37,524 bases of DNA from contig JBNJGH010000022.1 in the NCBI GenBank assembly GCA_051747585.1, positions 2,928 to 40,451 on the forward strand. Direction: 5' to 3'. Source of the DNA: Candidatus Rifleibacteriota bacterium. GTDB lineage: Bacteria > Muiribacteriota > Ozemobacteria > Ozemobacterales > Ozemobacteraceae. Below are positions 34,755 through 37,524 of the stretch, piece by piece. The notes under the pieces are model-generated. The model saw nothing but the letters and a program-made list of their open reading frames with translations. It did not search any database and had not been told where the DNA came from. The position numbers and the translations under genes were made by a program. How positions within the stretch are numbered: position 1 is the first letter of the stretch; the number at the start of each line of letters is the position of its first letter.

Positions 34755-35915
34755 TTAATACGGCTGACTTGCAATTTTCAGCTTCAGCCTGATTTCAGAA
34801 AAAAGATTGACCGAGCGTTTCTGTTTACCATAAACATCTTGTACATAACCCCTCACTGTATTAATAGTTAAAAACGTTATCTCATATTTTACATGCGCGG
34901 TTTCAAAAATATAAGTTTTTTGTTCTATTCCATCTTCAGAATAAAAGTTAAACTCTCTTAAATCGCTACCTTCACCCAGGATAATCGAAAAATTCTCGAA
35001 CCGGCCTTCTGGTATATTTATGTTTTCATTCTCTGCTCTCAAAGTAAAGGCAAAATTATCCTGACTTCTCGAAACCACCCCGGTTTTCCTGAATTCAAAC
35101 ACTTCATTGAGCAACTCCTGGCTGGAATCTTCTCTGAATGGTTTCAACGCATCTTTAGCCTGCTCAGGCTCAGTGTAAACAGTCCTACCGTCTTTAAAGT
35201 TCTCGAGCTTGGTTTCAGCCTGTCTGGCTTCGTCTGTTTCAGGGTAAATTATTATAATCTGCTGAAATGTTTCTACAGCCTTATCAATATCGCCACGCAA
35301 TTCAAGTAATGTTCCGAGTTTTAACAATCGATCGGGTTCATTTTCTCGACTCTCCGAAAGATAAGTAAGGTAATTGACTGCATCATCTATAAGTCCCGTT
35401 TCATCTTTTGCCATAAGTGACGGCATTAGTCTGAGGCTGGAAAGGTAATCATCTATAGCCTGACGAATATTGCGCTTTTTGTACAGCTCCATCGCACTGT
35501 CAAAAAGACGGGTAGCTTCTTCCTTCTGAGCCATTTCGGGCAAATGCTCTAGTTTCATAATAACCCTGCTGACCAGAATGTCTGGAAGCGGAGTTTTCAT
35601 GGCCTGTTGATAGTGCCAGGTGGCAAATTCGAATCTTCTGACTGCTTCAAGACATTCGCCAATTCGAAAATGTAGCTTACCCAAAGTTTTTTTATCTTCT
35701 ACCAATGGCATAGCCTCGTAATAAAAAATCAGGGCTTCGCCATAATTGTTTTTACGGAAAAGTTCTTCACCCCGCAAAAGGCATTTATTTGCGCTGTAAG
35801 GCGGCTCGCTTTCTTCGCTGGAATCTTCCAATGCTGCCATTAATCTATTCGCCGGGGCAAAAAGTATGCCCATAAAAAGTGATAGCATTAAAATCAGCAA
35901 AGAAGTTTTTTTCAT
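34755..35915 (-). CDS. Exported TPR-containing protein with beta-rich C-terminal domain
   Basis: Signal peptide; TPR-like helices (LHFRIGECLE, LLKLGTLLE...AVETFQQIIIIYPET); GGAG SD. Confidence 0.8.
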   Translation of the reverse strand: MKKTSLLILMLSLFMGILFAPANRLMAALEDSSEESEPPYSANKCLLRGEELFRKNNYGEALIFYYEAMPLVEDKKTLGKLHFRIGECLEAVRRFEFATWHYQQAMKTPLPDILVSRVIMKLEHLPEMAQKEEATRLFDSAMELYKKRNIRQAIDDYLSSLRLMPSLMAKDETGLIDDAVNYLTYLSESRENEPDRLLKLGTLLELRGDIDKAVETFQQIIIIYPETDEARQAETKLENFKDGRTVYTEPEQAKDALKPFREDSSQELLNEVFEFRKTGVVSRSQDNFAFTLRAENENINIPEGRFENFSIILGEGSDLREFNFYSEDGIEQKTYIFETAHVKYEITFLTINTVRGYVQDVYGKQKRSVNLFSEIRLKLKIASQPY

Positions 35916-35930
35916 TATCTCCTAATTCCT

Positions 35931-37046
35931 TTAGAATGCTCCAGAAAAACTGTCGGCCATAAGATATCGGAAAATAAAATCTGTATTTTTGGTGTTGGGA
36001 ACAGTTTCGAGTAGCAAATACTTTTTCTTTCCATCATCAAGGTCTTTACGAACTTCTTTAAGAAGCGGAACCAGATTGAGATCGCCATTTTGAAACAGCC
36101 CCAGATTGTAATCAAGATTGCGGAAAGAGTCGTAATAATCACGAAGAGCATAGTGAAACCTTCTTAAGCATTTGTCTGTGTAGGTTTCATCATTTTCGCC
36201 GAGACTCTGGCGATATTCCTTTTTTGCAATAACATATTTTTTCAGAGCATTTTCCATATGGGTTCTTCTGGCATCCCAGCGATCGAGACCGGGCAATACC
36301 TGCTGCAACATTAAGATACTGATATCATCCCTGAGAAGTTTGTAATTCTCGAGAATATTGTCACTTTCAAGGTGAGCTATACCAACATTGTAGGCAAGTT
36401 TACAAGCAAATTTCTTTTTAAGTTTCCTGTAATGACTTTCAGAGAGTCCACTGTTGCGAACATGAAGGCATATATCGTTTTCTTTTGCAAATTCGGCAAT
36501 CTTGGCAAATTTTCCATTAAATTCTTCTTCTGCCTGTCGGTCCAGATACTGACCGGGTTCAGAAACAGGAACAATCACATTTGCCACCTTGTATTCTTTT
36601 GCCAGCTCCATTATGGGCATACATTCTTCAAGAGACAGTCGGTGAAATGATACTGAACCTTGCAACTGATTAGATAAAGCCAGATAGGCAGGCTTGAAAT
36701 AAACAAGCTTCTCGGGCCGTTTATGGGCCGATTTACGGCCATTGGCATTTGCCGGTTTATCAGGCATTTCCGGTGGTAGATCAAAAAAAATGGGGGCGAA
36801 CTGAGGCAGGGTAATTACGGTTTCAATATCAAGAGCAGCTGTCTTTTGCAGCATTTGCACAAATTCATTTCGGTTTTTTCTCAATCCCGGGTCGTTTACC
36901 CTAAGGTCAAGAAAGTTAAATTTACCGCGCCATTTAGCCAGTGATCCGTTTCTGCTAATTGAAATTGGCGGCGAAAGCGGATCTTGATAACCACTGATGC
37001 CCTGTTCGACATAACCGACAAAAATTGAAGATTCGGGGTTTTTCAT
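35931..37046 (-). CDS. Hypothetical protein, probable xylose-isomerase/AP-endonuclease-2-like TIM barrel with degenerate metal ligands
   Basis: IMELAKEYKVANVIVP, IAEFAKENDICLHVRN, LAYNVGIAHL, GDLNL, LLLETVP follow the family's motif order. Confidence 0.6.
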   Translation of the reverse strand: MKNPESSIFVGYVEQGISGYQDPLSPPISISRNGSLAKWRGKFNFLDLRVNDPGLRKNRNEFVQMLQKTAALDIETVITLPQFAPIFFDLPPEMPDKPANANGRKSAHKRPEKLVYFKPAYLALSNQLQGSVSFHRLSLEECMPIMELAKEYKVANVIVPVSEPGQYLDRQAEEEFNGKFAKIAEFAKENDICLHVRNSGLSESHYRKLKKKFACKLAYNVGIAHLESDNILENYKLLRDDISILMLQQVLPGLDRWDARRTHMENALKKYVIAKKEYRQSLGENDETYTDKCLRRFHYALRDYYDSFRNLDYNLGLFQNGDLNLVPLLKEVRKDLDDGKKKYLLLETVPNTKNTDFIFRYLMADSFSGAF

Positions 37047-37055
37047 AGTGGCGGT

Positions 37056-37084
37056 ATTCTATCACAATTTATAACGCTACTCAA
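37056..37084 (-). promoter_or_regulatory. Putative sigma70 promoter with extended -10 (near-leaderless)
   Basis: TTGAGT-17-TAGAAT with TGn extension, 9 nt before ATG 37046. Confidence 0.55.
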
Positions 37085-37145
37085 TTGCAGAAAACTTTTG
37101 CCTGGTAATTATCCATTTGTTTGTAGAAACCGTTTCAAGACATTT

Positions 37146-37219
37146 AGATTGCTTCGCTTCGACTACGCTCAGGGAGCGCTTAGGGTGTCATTGCGAGGAG
37201 CTTAACGACGAAGCAATCT
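37146..37219. repeat. Palindromic REP/RPE-like element
   Basis: agattgcttcg (37146-37156) / cgaagcaatct (37209-37219) arms enclosing cttcgactacgctcagg and gtcattgcgagg. Confidence 0.7.
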
Positions 37220-37373
37220 TTGATATGCTAAAATTTAGTTTATAACAAAAAATACAAAAATGTCTTGAAACTCCAGCAATTCTCGGTCTGCCACCATCAG
37301 TTGGTTTCAGAAAAGAATATTCCTCACACCAAGTATCAAAGCCACAAAGAAAATAACCGCAGAGCGCACATAG

Positions 37374-37517
37374 AATCTTTTTCAGCCATTGTTTCCTTCT
37401 TCAGCAAGCCTTCAGAAAAACACGAGTGCTTTTCTGAAGGCTTGCTGAAGAAGGAAAAGCCGGGCGGTGAAACCGCCGGCTATTTGTCCACAGGACAAAT
37501 CCTGGCTGAAAAAGATT
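37374..37517. repeat. 144-bp multi-hairpin element with 15-bp terminal inverted repeats (MITE-like or structured RNA)
   Basis: aatctttttcagcca / tggctgaaaaagatt ends; inner 28-bp perfect stem plus two smaller hairpins. Confidence 0.8.
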
Positions 37518-37524
37518 AAAAAAT

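Noticed and set aside
37265..37519. 84-aa plus-strand ORF
   Set aside because: It runs through the palindromic element, starts with TTG without an SD, and has no recognisable protein features

Overview
Bacterial chromosomal window, AT-rich and apparently core genome. I see no CRISPR array, rRNA, tRNA or transposase. Left part (minus strand): a truncated exported protein with 10-aa GS[TV]ADDVAAA repeats, a zinc-ribbon membrane protein, psuG, a Cys-rich protein, a Lys-rich membrane-anchored protein and efp with a non-canonical R-P-G-N-W-R loop. Middle (mostly plus strand): uppP-ftsK, two giant cytoplasmic TPR genes (1614 and 1535 aa) sharing a W[AP]YWGLK module, a Lys-rich protein that looks paralogous to the one at 3.7-5.1 kb, an antisense orphan SLBB protein, then rimO-pgsA-pgpA. 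Two inverted copies of a ~133-bp composite palindromic element bracket this ~18.5-kb block. Right part (minus strand): a gingipain-like C25 protease, RNase D, a DUF4912/GH57 branching enzyme/CHASE2 adenylate cyclase operon, a TPR protein and a TIM barrel with degenerate metal ligands. Several REP/MITE-like hairpin elements are present, including a 144-bp four-way-junction element at the right edge. The best candidates for undescribed biology are the ftsK-coupled giant TPR pair, the Lys-rich paralog pair, the cyclase coupled to glycogen genes, and the palindromic elements. All family calls come from motif recognition by eye; no searches were run.
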